Notes under the pieces: model-generated
Database searches by the model: none
What the model saw: only the letters and a program-made list of their open reading frames with translations
What the model was told of the DNA's origin: nothing
Origin: an uncultured Roseovarius sp.
Lineage (GTDB): Bacteria; Pseudomonadota; Alphaproteobacteria; Rhodobacterales; Rhodobacteraceae
Assembly: GCF_947259555.1 (NCBI RefSeq)
Contig: NZ_CAMYMD010000100.1
Location: 1,944-65,943 of the forward strand
Length of the DNA stretch: 64,000 nt
Direction: 5' to 3'
Made by a program: the position numbers and the translations under genes
In this document: piece by piece, positions 1 to 9,410 of the stretch
How positions within the stretch are numbered: position 1 is the stretch's first letter
How the letters are laid out: each line of letters starts with the position of its first letter

Positions 1-7
1 GGGCTGG

Positions 8-397
8 GTGATCCACGACACCGGCAAGAGCTTTGCCGATCTGGTGCAGGCGGTGCGTGATGCCGTCAGCGCCGCGCCCATCGCCATCGTGACACAGGCG
101 AGCGCCTCGGACGGGGCGCGCATGCAGGGCCATACCATCCCCGGCAACCGGGTCTTTGGGCTCTACCGCAACGATTACGCCCGCCGCATGCTGGAGGCGA
201 GCATCGCCGCCGGGATCGAGGCCCCGATTCGCATGTATGTGACCGAAGACGCCGATGGCACCGCCACCCTCAGCTACAAGACGCCGACGGCGGTATTTTA
301 CCCCTATTTCGACGAGGGCGGCGATGATCTACGCGATCTGGCCACGGAACTGGACAGTGTTTTCGAAACTGTCGCGAAATCCGCCATGTCCGAGTGA
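8..397 (+). CDS. DUF302-like protein (5' end may lie outside window)
   Basis: 129-aa ORF with coding-type GC3. The segment IEAPIRMYVTEDADGTATLSYKTP resembles the DUF302 core. Confidence 0.5.
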   Translation: MIHDTGKSFADLVQAVRDAVSAAPIAIVTQASASDGARMQGHTIPGNRVFGLYRNDYARRMLEASIAAGIEAPIRMYVTEDADGTATLSYKTPTAVFYPYFDEGGDDLRDLATELDSVFETVAKSAMSE

Positions 398-606
398 TCC
401 TTGGGCGAGCAACTGCCGATTGCGCGCACTCTGGGCAGAAATGCGCCTATTTTGTTCGCGTTATACGCGACTCGGAGTGCCGTTGTTTCGTCACATTGGT
501 TAAACTCGGGATAACGTATTGGTGAGGTTGGTCCCTCCCGTGTTGCCGCTGTCATATATAGCGGGCTAGCTGAGTGTTGAATTACTGCCGAAAAGGATAT
601 CGGGTC

Positions 607-1983
607 ATGCGTTTGGATCAATTCGGGTATGATATGACCGTATCATCGCCCATCGCCGCAGAAGCGTGGGACAAGATGGTGCTCGCCTTCCTCGCCCACG
701 CCGCGACAACACCCGAATACCTGGGCAAGGCTCTCGGAGAAGAGCCGGATTTTGCCATGGCGCATGCGACCAAGGGGCTGTTTCTGCTGATGCTGGGGCG
801 GCGCGAGTTGAATGCCACCGCACAAGAAGCCCACGTCACGGCAGAGGCCATCGCCGGGCGTTATGCCCTGACTGCTCGTGAGATGGGCTATATCCGCGCC
901 CTCGGCGCTTGGCTCAACGGCCGCCCGTCCGAGACGGTGCGCGAGATGGAGGCGGTGCTGACGCGCTGGCCTGAAGACGCGTTGGCCATGAAGATCAGCC
1001 ACGCCACCCGATTCATTCTCGGAGACCGCACCGGCATGCGTGCCTCGGTCGAGGCATTGCTGCCCGCCTACGACGCCCAGAACCCGGCACGCGGTTATCT
1101 CTTTGGCTGTCACGCGTTCTGTCTCGAAGAAACCGGAGAATATGCCCGCGCCGAGACGGCAGGGCGCCTGGGGCTCAGCCTCTCGCCGGACGACGCGTGG
1201 GGGTTGCACGCGGTCGCGCATGTCTTTGACATGACGGCCAATGCCCGCGCTGGGCTGAATTGGCTGGAAGGACGTGAACACGCTTGGGCGCATTGTAACA
1301 ACTTTCGCTACCATGTCTGGTGGCACAAGGCGCTGATGCATCTTGATCAGGGCGAGATCGACGCCGTGTTTCGCCTCTATGACACCGAGGTGCGCAGCGA
1401 TCATACTGACGATTTCCGTGACATCTCCAACGGTACCTCGCTGCTGATGCGACTGGAGCTTGAGGGGCATGACGTGGGCGACCGCTGGGAGGAACTGGCC
1501 GATATCTCCGAGCGGCGCACCGAGGATGCCTGCCTGATCTTCGCCGATCTCCATTACCTGATGGCTCTCATCGGTGACAATCGTGATACAGCGATACGAC
1601 AAATGATGGCGCGCTTGCACCGCGATGCCAAGCACTCCAATAGTGGTGATCTCATGGCACGCATGGCCAATCCCGGCCTTTCGGCGGCAACAGGACTTGA
1701 GGCGTTTGGCGAAGGCGATTACAAGACCGCGTTCCTCAACCTTGGAAGAGCGAGACGTTCCATGCAATTGGCCGGGGGTAGCCATGCCCAACGTGACGTG
1801 TTTGAGCGGCTCACAATCGATTCCGCCTTGCGCGGCGGGTTTCTCGACGATGCCGAGACCATCCTGCAAGAGCGCACGGCACAGCGCGCGGGGCGGCTTG
1901 ATGGCTATGCCAGTTCACGGCTTGATCTGATCGCCGATGCCCGCAGTGGGTGGGACGAGGCAGACCGCCTGCCTGCGGAATAG
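607..1983 (+). CDS. TTC38-family tetratricopeptide-repeat protein
   Basis: ORF opens at 574; ATG at 607 (MRLDQFGY..). About 458 aa. The N-terminal pattern ..EAWDKMVLAFLAH..EPDFAMAHATKGLFLLM.. is typical of bacterial TTC38-like proteins. Confidence 0.55.
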   Translation: MRLDQFGYDMTVSSPIAAEAWDKMVLAFLAHAATTPEYLGKALGEEPDFAMAHATKGLFLLMLGRRELNATAQEAHVTAEAIAGRYALTAREMGYIRALGAWLNGRPSETVREMEAVLTRWPEDALAMKISHATRFILGDRTGMRASVEALLPAYDAQNPARGYLFGCHAFCLEETGEYARAETAGRLGLSLSPDDAWGLHAVAHVFDMTANARAGLNWLEGREHAWAHCNNFRYHVWWHKALMHLDQGEIDAVFRLYDTEVRSDHTDDFRDISNGTSLLMRLELEGHDVGDRWEELADISERRTEDACLIFADLHYLMALIGDNRDTAIRQMMARLHRDAKHSNSGDLMARMANPGLSAATGLEAFGEGDYKTAFLNLGRARRSMQLAGGSHAQRDVFERLTIDSALRGGFLDDAETILQERTAQRAGRLDGYASSRLDLIADARSGWDEADRLPAE

Positions 1984-3252
1984 GTGCCGACAAATAAAAG
2001 AAAAGGAGCCGACACCGCAATGACGAGTGTTGCCGATCCTGCCATGACGCACCGCCTCGCGACCGAGGCGCATGCCAGTCCCGCCGCCACGACCCGCGAT
2101 ATCCGGCTGGATTTCTTTCGCGGGCTGGCGATGTTCATCATCCTCTGCGCCCATACCCCGAGCAATTTCTTTACCAGCTGGATTCCGGCGCGCTGGGGCT
2201 TTTCGGATGCGACCGAGATCTTCGTGTTCTGCTCCGGCATGGCCTCGGCCATCGCCTTTGGCCGCACCTTCGATCGGGCGGGCTGGACGCTTGGCACCGG
2301 GCGCGTCGGCTATCGCGTGTGGCAGGTCTACTGGGCGCATATCGGCATGTTCTTTGTCATCGCCACGCTGCTGGCGGCGTTCGACCACTTCGGCGATTTT
2401 GACAAGACCTATATCGGCACGCTGAACCTGTGGAAGTTCTTTGCCGATCCGGGGCCGCAGCTACTGGGCCTGTTTACGCTCACCTATGTCCCCAACTATT
2501 TCGACATCCTGCCGATGTATATGGTCATCCTCGTGATGATGCCGCTGATGATCGCGCTGAGCCGGATCAGCGTCTGGGCGGTGTTCGGAGCGATGGCGCT
2601 GATCTGGCTATTCGCACAACGCGCGGTGCTCGATGCGCTGGGCCTGATCGACCTGCATCTCGGCTTTCCGGCAGAGCCGTGGTCGGATCGCAAGTGGTTC
2701 TTCAACCCGTTCGGCTGGCAGCTGGTGTTCTTCACCGGCTTTGCCTTCATGCGCGGCTGGATTCCGAAACCGCCGGTGAACATGTGGCTGATCGGGCTGG
2801 CGCTGGTGATCGTCATCGCCAATGTGCCGCTGTCGCATATCGGCATGCGCGAGTTCGGCTTTGACTGGGCGCGCGGCTGGCGCATCGACAACACGGGCCT
2901 GTTCAATAAGTCCGATTTCGGAATTCTGCGCTACGTGCATTTCCTTGCCCTCGCCTATCTGTGCTGGGCTGCGGCGGGTGACGGCGGCGCGCGCCTCAGG
3001 GCAGTGGGGAGCGGGCTATTGTCGCGTATCTGGGGCGGGCTTCTGAAGATGATCCTCAAGGTCGGGCAGCAATCGCTCGCGGTGTTCGTGTTCTCGATGG
3101 TGTTTGCCCGGCTGTCGGGGTTCGTGATGGACCAGATCGGGCGCACGACGTGGAACATGGTGCTGGCCAATTTCGTGGGTTTTGGCGCGCTGATCGTGGT
3201 GGCCTATAGCGTCGCATGGTTCAAATCACAGCCGTGGCGGGCCGCGAAATGA
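1984..3252 (+). CDS. opgC: OpgC-type membrane protein (OPG succinylation, acyltransferase-3-like)
   Basis: Polytopic membrane ORF (FRGLAMFIILCAHTP.. plus many hydrophobic segments). Its stop overlaps the opgG start (ATGA at 3249-3252). Start is GTG 1984 or ATG 2020. Confidence 0.65.
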   Translation: MPTNKRKGADTAMTSVADPAMTHRLATEAHASPAATTRDIRLDFFRGLAMFIILCAHTPSNFFTSWIPARWGFSDATEIFVFCSGMASAIAFGRTFDRAGWTLGTGRVGYRVWQVYWAHIGMFFVIATLLAAFDHFGDFDKTYIGTLNLWKFFADPGPQLLGLFTLTYVPNYFDILPMYMVILVMMPLMIALSRISVWAVFGAMALIWLFAQRAVLDALGLIDLHLGFPAEPWSDRKWFFNPFGWQLVFFTGFAFMRGWIPKPPVNMWLIGLALVIVIANVPLSHIGMREFGFDWARGWRIDNTGLFNKSDFGILRYVHFLALAYLCWAAAGDGGARLRAVGSGLLSRIWGGLLKMILKVGQQSLAVFVFSMVFARLSGFVMDQIGRTTWNMVLANFVGFGALIVVAYSVAWFKSQPWRAAK

Positions 3253-4754
3253 TCCGGCGTGACGTTCTGAAATCGCTGAGCGCGGTCGCGCTGTTCCCCG
3301 GCCTCGCCCGCGCGCAGGAGGCGCAGCCGTTTTCCGAAGGTATGCTGCTCGATCTCGCGCGCGAGGTGGCGGCAAAGCCCTATGCCAAACGCCCGACCGT
3401 GCCGCAGGCGTGGCGCGACATGAGCTATGACGAATATCGCTCGATCTGGTTCCGCAGCAAGGATGCGCTCTGGTCCGAGGCCGATAGCACGCTCGAAGTC
3501 GATCTTTTTCTGCCGGGGCTGTATTTCCCGCATACCGTCGAGGTGAACCTTGTCGAAGATGGCATGACCCGCACCCTGCCGTTTGATTTCTCGCTGTTCG
3601 ACAAGACCGACAAGGCCCCCGATCTGCCGCTTGACGGGCATCTTGGCTATTCCGGCCTGCGCCTGCGGGCGGAACTCGAAAAGCCGGGGATTTTCCAGGA
3701 ATACGCGGTGTTTCAGGGGGCCAGCTATTTCCGGGTGATCGCGCGCGATCTGGTCTACGGCCTGTCGGCGCGAGGGTTGGCGCTCAATACCGGCGCGCCC
3801 GAGGGTGAGGAATTTCCCGATTTCACCCGGTTCTGGATCGAGAAACCGGCGCCCGGTGTCAGCACCCACAAGGTGCATGCGCTGATGGAGAGCCCGTCGG
3901 TGACCGGGATCTACCATTTCACGATGCGTCCCGAGGGGGCGGAGACCGAGGTGGAGGTGCGCTGCACGCTGATGCCGCGCGTCGCGCTGGAGAATGTGGG
4001 CATCGCACCGCTGACCTCAATGTTCTATTTCGACGCCACCAACCGGCACCGGTTCGACGATTTCCGTGCGGCTGTGCATGACAGCGACGGGCTGAGTATT
4101 CTCAACGGCAATGGCGAAATGCTCTGGCGGCCCCTGGGCAATCCGCGTGATCTGCAAATTTCGAGCTTTGTGGACACCAATCCGCAGGGCTTTGGCCTGT
4201 CGCAGCGGTCGCGCGCCTATTCGGATTTCCACGATCTTGAGGCGCATTATCATGAGCGTCCCAGCCTGTGGATCACGCCGGGCGAGGATTGGGGGCGCGG
4301 GGCGGTCACGCTGGTGGAGATCCCTACGACCAAGGAAATCTACGACAATATCGTGGCCTATTGGCGCCCGCGTGAGCCGCTGGCCGACGGGGCTGAGCAC
4401 AGTTTCAGCTACGGCATGACATGGACCGGCGGTATTGAAGAGAAAAAGCCGGTGGCGCGGGTGATCGAGACCCGGATCGGGCGCGGCTTTCCCAATGACC
4501 TGCGCCAAGTGGTGACGATTGATTTCGCCCCGCATGATGCGCTGCCCGAGGATTTCGACGATCTGGTGCTCTACGTCTATTCCGCCCGGCTGGAGACCTC
4601 GGAGGGTCTGGTGCAGCGCAATCCCGAAACCGGTGGACCGCGCCTTGCGTTTTCGTTTGACCCCGGCGAGGTGACGGCGGCGGAAATGCGCGCGCAGCTG
4701 TTCCACGAGGGGCGCGGCGTGTCGGAGGTGTGGCTCTACCGATGGACCGCCTGA
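3249..4754 (+). CDS. opgG: glucan biosynthesis protein G (periplasmic, OpgG/OpgD family)
   Basis: Leader MIRRDVLKSLSAVALFPGLARAQ. About 500 aa with OpgG-like sequence throughout, and it sits directly upstream of opgH. Confidence 0.85.
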   Translation: MIRRDVLKSLSAVALFPGLARAQEAQPFSEGMLLDLAREVAAKPYAKRPTVPQAWRDMSYDEYRSIWFRSKDALWSEADSTLEVDLFLPGLYFPHTVEVNLVEDGMTRTLPFDFSLFDKTDKAPDLPLDGHLGYSGLRLRAELEKPGIFQEYAVFQGASYFRVIARDLVYGLSARGLALNTGAPEGEEFPDFTRFWIEKPAPGVSTHKVHALMESPSVTGIYHFTMRPEGAETEVEVRCTLMPRVALENVGIAPLTSMFYFDATNRHRFDDFRAAVHDSDGLSILNGNGEMLWRPLGNPRDLQISSFVDTNPQGFGLSQRSRAYSDFHDLEAHYHERPSLWITPGEDWGRGAVTLVEIPTTKEIYDNIVAYWRPREPLADGAEHSFSYGMTWTGGIEEKKPVARVIETRIGRGFPNDLRQVVTIDFAPHDALPEDFDDLVLYVYSARLETSEGLVQRNPETGGPRLAFSFDPGEVTAAEMRAQLFHEGRGVSEVWLYRWTA

Positions 4755-6625
4755 CTCCCTTTCCCGGCGCGGCGCATATGCCGCCGCCTGCCCCTCTGGA
4801 TCACCCGATTCAGAGCCTGAACCGGGCGCATCACGACCCTAACGCGCCCGCCTGGCGACCCAATCTGAATTACTGGTGGCGGCGCGCGGCCACCTTCCTG
4901 CCCGCCACGCTGACCACCGGAGCGCTAGGCCTTGCCTTTGGTGACTGGCTGTCGGTGGGGGGCATGTGGTGGCTGGAATGGGTGCTGCTGGCGCTGGTGA
5001 TGATCACGTTTTTCTGGATCGCGCTGGCCGTGGGCACCGCGACGCTGGGGCTGGCCTGTCACCTGATGCACAAGCGCGCGCAGGCGCGTGCCACGCCCGC
5101 GCCGCTGAGCGTGGCGCTGTTGGTGCCGATCTATAACGAGGAGACGTCAGAGGTGTTCGGCAATGCCTGCGCCATGATGTCGGCGCTGCGCGCGGCGGGG
5201 CCTGCGCACCGCTTTGACCTGTTCATCCTGTCGGACACGCAGGACGCGGCCATCGCGATGGCCGAGCAGCGTGCCTTTGCCACGTTGCGCGCCGCGCTGC
5301 CGCGCGATCGCGCGGTCTGGTATCGCCGCCGGGTGCAGAATACCGGGCGCAAGGTGGGCAATATCGGGCAATGGCTGGAAAACTGGGGGGCGGCGCATGA
5401 TGCGATGCTGGTGCTCGACGCCGATAGCCTGATGAGCGCCGAGGCGATTGTCGCGCTGTCGGACGAGATGTCGGCCGATCCCACGGCGGGCCTCATTCAA
5501 TCGGCGCCGATGGTGGTGGGGTCGGACACGCTCTTTGGCCGGATGCAGCAGTTTTCGGCGGCGGTCTACGGCACGCTGCTGTCCGAGGGGCTGGCGGGCT
5601 GGACCGGCTCCGAGGGCAATTACTGGGGTCATAACGCGATCCTGCGCACCCGGGCCTTTGCCGATTGCGCGGGGCTGCCGGAAATGCCGTCGCTGACCGG
5701 GCGGGGCGGATTGATCCTGAGCCATGATTTCGTCGAGGCGGGGCTGTTGCGGCGGGCCGGGTGGGCGGTGCGCTTCATGCCCTCGGTCAAAGGCAGCTAT
5801 GAAGAGCCGCCTGCCACCCTGATCGATTATGCGCTGCGCGACCGGCGCTGGTGCCATGGCAACCTGCAACACCTTAGCCTGCTGGCCACGCGCGGCTTTC
5901 ATGCCGTGTCGCGCTTTCACCTCTTTCACGGGGCGATGAGCTATCTGTTGTCGCCTGCTTGGTTCGGGCTCCTGGTGATCTGGGCGCTTCTGGGCAACGG
6001 GCATAACAGCGTGATCACCTATTTCTCGATGGAAAACCCGCTCTACCCGGTCTGGCCGGAGATGAGCCGGGTCAGTTCGGTTCTGATCCTGCTCTTCATG
6101 TATGGCATGTTGCTGGCGCCGAAGCTGATGGGCGCGGTGGCGCTTGGACTGACGGATGTGCCGATCCGCAGCTTTGGCGGGGCGCTGCGGTTCACCGTGT
6201 CGCTGGTGGTCGAGATCCTGCTGTCGATCCTGTTCGCGCCGATCATGATGGTGCAACAGCTGGTGGCGGTGCTGCGTTCGGTCATCGGGATGCGCCCGAT
6301 CTGGTTACCGCAGGCGCGCAAGGGCGGCGATTACAGCCCCGGCACGGTGCTGAAATTCCACCTGCTGGAGACGGTGAGCGGGGCGCTGCTGTTCGCGGGC
6401 ATGGCGGCGGGGCTCGTGTCGCTCTGGCTGTTGCCGATCGCGATCAGCCTGATCGCCGCCGTGCCGCTGTCGATGCTGTCGGGTCTGCGGCTGGGCGAAT
6501 GGCGCTGGTTGCGTGACGTGATGGCGACGCCCGAGATGATCGACACGCCGTCGATCCTGGAGGAGGCCCGCGCACATCGCGCCCTGTTTCGCGCGGCAGA
6601 CGCACCGCCGATTGCGGCGGAATAG
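4742..6625 (+). CDS. opgH: glucans biosynthesis glucosyltransferase H
   Basis: GT2 core (LVPIYNEE, LDADS, DRRWCHGN) flanked by multiple TM segments. ATG 4742 overlaps the opgG 3' end. Confidence 0.85.
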   Translation: MDRLTPFPGAAHMPPPAPLDHPIQSLNRAHHDPNAPAWRPNLNYWWRRAATFLPATLTTGALGLAFGDWLSVGGMWWLEWVLLALVMITFFWIALAVGTATLGLACHLMHKRAQARATPAPLSVALLVPIYNEETSEVFGNACAMMSALRAAGPAHRFDLFILSDTQDAAIAMAEQRAFATLRAALPRDRAVWYRRRVQNTGRKVGNIGQWLENWGAAHDAMLVLDADSLMSAEAIVALSDEMSADPTAGLIQSAPMVVGSDTLFGRMQQFSAAVYGTLLSEGLAGWTGSEGNYWGHNAILRTRAFADCAGLPEMPSLTGRGGLILSHDFVEAGLLRRAGWAVRFMPSVKGSYEEPPATLIDYALRDRRWCHGNLQHLSLLATRGFHAVSRFHLFHGAMSYLLSPAWFGLLVIWALLGNGHNSVITYFSMENPLYPVWPEMSRVSSVLILLFMYGMLLAPKLMGAVALGLTDVPIRSFGGALRFTVSLVVEILLSILFAPIMMVQQLVAVLRSVIGMRPIWLPQARKGGDYSPGTVLKFHLLETVSGALLFAGMAAGLVSLWLLPIAISLIAAVPLSMLSGLRLGEWRWLRDVMATPEMIDTPSILEEARAHRALFRAADAPPIAAE

Positions 6626-6690
6626 GGTCTGATTTAAGTATCTTGCTACCAATATGGGTTGCCGGCGTGGTATTTGCGCGCCTGGAGCTG

Positions 6691-6898
6691 CCGTTGCCGT
6701 GAGCCGCGCATCGTCGTGCCGCGGTGTGGCGATCCAACGTGAGTTAGGCAGTCCTTTATGTCTGCCAAATCCGTAAAAGAACTGATCACAGAGCAGGTTG
6801 CAGCCAAATCGCCGCGCCGGGGGGCGGCACGGCGATGCGCGGCGGCCTTCGGTCGCGTTTCGCGCAGGGTACTTCAATCAGATGTGCGCTCCAGGCCA
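6691..6898. repeat. dispersed structured intergenic repeat, copy A (~205 bp)
   Basis: Aligns by eye with 32944-33149. A 30-nt block (gagccgcgcatcgtcgtgccgcggtgtggc) and a 52-nt block (6801-6852 = 33053-33104) are identical. Several GC-rich hairpins. Confidence 0.85.
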
Positions 6899-6926
6899 AC
6901 ACATACCCGCAGCCCACACCGCCCTC

Positions 6927-7889
6927 TCAAACCAGACGATCCCCCGGCGCATCCCCTGCAAAGAACGCATCCAGATTGTCGAGCGCCCGAAACCCCATCG
7001 CGTCGCGCGTGGCGCGGGTGGCACTGCCGATATGCGGCAGCATGAAGATGTTTTCATGGCCCGCGAAGGCCGGGTTACCGCCCGGCTCGACCTTGAAGCA
7101 ATCGAGACCGGCGGCGGCGATATGATCGGACTCTATTCCGGCCAATAGCGCGTCTTCATCGACCAGCGCGCCGCGCGCGGTATTCACCACAACCGCCCCC
7201 TTGGGCAGCTTGGCGATACGCTCGGCATTCAGCAAATCGACCGTGTCGGGCGTCGCCGGGCAATGCAGGGACAGGAAATCCGCAACCTCCAGCAGGCTCT
7301 CCACATCTTCGTGAAAGACCGCGCCCTGCTCGACATCCGGCGCGAGGCGCGAACGGTTGTGATAGTGGATCTCCATGCCAAAACCGCGCGCCTTTTCGGC
7401 AAAGGCGCGCCCGACGCGGCCCATGCCCACGATGCCCAGCCGTGCGCCGGTCATCTGCTTGCCGACCATGAATGACGGCGACCAGCTGTCCCACTCGCCC
7501 TGCCGCACCAGACGATCACCGCGCACCGCATGGCGCGCCGCGCCCAGCATCAGCAGCATGGCGATCTCGGCGGTGGCATCCGACAGCACGTCGGGCGTGT
7601 TCGTCACCACCACGCCCGCACCTTTCAGCGCCTCCAGATCGCAGTGATCGACACCCACCGAGTGATTGGCCACGATCTTGAGCCGCGGATCAAGACGGGC
7701 CACCACATCCGCGCTGAAATGCTCGGAGTGACACGGGATCATCCCGTCCACCTTTGCGCTCATCGCGACGATGTCCTCGGCGCTGCCGGGGGTGTCGGCC
7801 TCGTTCACGATCACCTCGTAATCGCGGCGGGCACGCTCCAGCGTCGCATCCGACAGGCGGCGCGGAATCCAGATCACCGGCTTGGCCAT
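6927..7889 (-). CDS. D-2-hydroxyacid dehydrogenase / glyoxylate-hydroxypyruvate reductase family
   Basis: 320 aa. Rossmann motif GIVGMGRVGRAFA, NTARG..VDE and PHIGSAT catalytic-region motifs. Confidence 0.85.
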   Translation of the reverse strand: MAKPVIWIPRRLSDATLERARRDYEVIVNEADTPGSAEDIVAMSAKVDGMIPCHSEHFSADVVARLDPRLKIVANHSVGVDHCDLEALKGAGVVVTNTPDVLSDATAEIAMLLMLGAARHAVRGDRLVRQGEWDSWSPSFMVGKQMTGARLGIVGMGRVGRAFAEKARGFGMEIHYHNRSRLAPDVEQGAVFHEDVESLLEVADFLSLHCPATPDTVDLLNAERIAKLPKGAVVVNTARGALVDEDALLAGIESDHIAAAGLDCFKVEPGGNPAFAGHENIFMLPHIGSATRATRDAMGFRALDNLDAFFAGDAPGDRLV

Positions 7890-7892
7890 GGC

Positions 7893-8051
7893 TCAGCTCT
7901 TGTTCTGGCTGGAGGTGATGAAGTCATAAGCCGCCAGCCCGGCGGCAAAGACCGTCACGATCCAGAGATCAATCGCGCCGATCTCGCTGGCCAGAATATA
8001 GAGAAACGCAGCCAGAACCGCGAAGGCGAAAAGGGCCAATAGCCTGTTCAT
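7893..8051 (-). CDS. small two-TM membrane protein (52 aa, absent from the ORF track)
   Basis: Hand translation: MNRLLALFAFAVLAAFLYILASEIGAIDLWIVTVFAAGLAAYDFITSSQNKS. AAGGA lies ~8 nt upstream of the ATG. It is wedged between the amidase (15-nt gap) and the dehydrogenase (3-nt gap). Confidence 0.45.
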   Translation of the reverse strand: MNRLLALFAFAVLAAFLYILASEIGAIDLWIVTVFAAGLAAYDFITSSQNKS

Positions 8052-8066
8052 GTCGTCATCCTTTCG

Positions 8067-9410
8067 TCATTCCCCGGCCTCGCTCAGCCAGGTTTGAAAC
8101 CAGTTTGCCGTGCGCAAGAGGCGCGCATCATTGCCGCGCGCGGCGACCATCTGCACGCCCATCGGGAGGCCGTTCTCGGCGGTGAAGGCAGGCACCGTCA
8201 CGGCCGGCACGCCGGTCAGCGTCCAGAGCCCGTTGAAGATCGCGTTGCCCGTAAATTCCAGCCCCTCGGGCGCGGGGCCGGTGGCGGCGGGGCAGAGGAC
8301 CGCGTCGCAACGCTCGAAGATCTCTTCCAGCCCGGCATAGAGCACACCGGGCCAGTCGAGTGCCGCGAGGTAGTCGCGCGCTAGGATCGCGTTGCCCTTG
8401 GTCAGGGCGTCTTGTGTTCGCGGACCAAGCATATCCATCTGTTTGCTGTAGCGATAGTAATAGCGCGCCATTTCCGCGAAATTGATCCGTTCGCGAATAA
8501 CCGCCGCCTCCTCGAACGCCTTGGGCAACGGCGCCTCGAAGACCTGATCGCCAAGCGCCTCGGCCAGTTCGTCAAAGGCGGCATGGAGTTGCGGGTCGGC
8601 CTCGGCCCAGCCGGGTGGTTTGACCAGAGCAAAGACCGGCTTTACCAGCGGTTTGGATTGCGCGATGGACAACAGGGCCGGGGTTGGCTGCGGCGATGTG
8701 GCCGTGTCCCCGGCATCGTGCCCCATCAGCACCTCGGACAAGAGCGCGGCATCCGCAGGCGTGCGGGCGAACACCCCCACGGTGTCGAGCGTTGGTGATT
8801 GCATCAGCACGCCTGTCCGCGGAATCGCGCCAAAGCTGGGCTTGTAGCCTGTCACGCCGCAATAGGATGCAGGCCGGATCACCGATCCGCCGGTCTGCGT
8901 ACCTACGGCGAGCGGCACCATTCCATCAGCCACCGCCGCCGCGGACCCTGAAGAAGATCCACCGGGGCTGTACGCCGGATTGTGCGGGTTGCGCGTCTTG
9001 CCGCCCTGCAGATAGGCCAGTTCGGTCGTGACCGTTTTGCCCATGATCACCGCGCCGGCCGCCTTCAGCCGCTCCACGAGGGCTGCGTCCTTGATCGGCA
9101 CGCGGCCCGCATCGAGGGCACAGCCGTTTTCCGTCGGTATTTTGGCGGTATCGATGATGTCCTTCAAGGCAACGGGTAGCCCGTGCAGCGGGCCAACGGG
9201 CCGCCCCGCCTGCCGATGCGCATCGAGCGCCTTGGCCTGATAGCGGGCGAAGTCGGGATCGAACCACGCCCAAGCCTGGACCTCGGGTTCGCGCGCCTCG
9301 ATCCGGGCGATACAGGCTTCGATCAGGTCAACCGCCTTGATCGCGCCCGAGGCCAGACGCTCGCGCAAGGCGCAAGCGTCCAGGGAGAGCATGTCGATCT
9401 TATCCGCCAT
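8067..9410 (-). CDS. amidase (amidase-signature family)
   Basis: 447 aa. Signature GGSSSGSAAAV with upstream LKD..K context. Its start overlaps the dctM 3' end by 11 nt. Confidence 0.85.
   Translation of the reverse strand: MADKIDMLSLDACALRERLASGAIKAVDLIEACIARIEAREPEVQAWAWFDPDFARYQAKALDAHRQAGRPVGPLHGLPVALKDIIDTAKIPTENGCALDAGRVPIKDAALVERLKAAGAVIMGKTVTTELAYLQGGKTRNPHNPAYSPGGSSSGSAAAVADGMVPLAVGTQTGGSVIRPASYCGVTGYKPSFGAIPRTGVLMQSPTLDTVGVFARTPADAALLSEVLMGHDAGDTATSPQPTPALLSIAQSKPLVKPVFALVKPPGWAEADPQLHAAFDELAEALGDQVFEAPLPKAFEEAAVIRERINFAEMARYYYRYSKQMDMLGPRTQDALTKGNAILARDYLAALDWPGVLYAGLEEIFERCDAVLCPAATGPAPEGLEFTGNAIFNGLWTLTGVPAVTVPAFTAENGLPMGVQMVAARGNDARLLRTANWFQTWLSEAGE

Noticed and set aside
643-1869. 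Very long ORFs antisense to annotated genes. Examples: 643-1869(-), 5147-6256(-), 9793-10926(+), 10824-12626(+), 15053-17122(+), 27980-29380(-), 28051-29301(+), 29317-31623(-), 33438-35039(-), 58526-59563(-).
   Set aside because: These are shadow ORFs typical of high-GC DNA. Their translations are Arg/Pro/Gly/Ala-rich low-complexity strings with no motifs, and the opposite strand or alternative frame carries clearly recognisable proteins.
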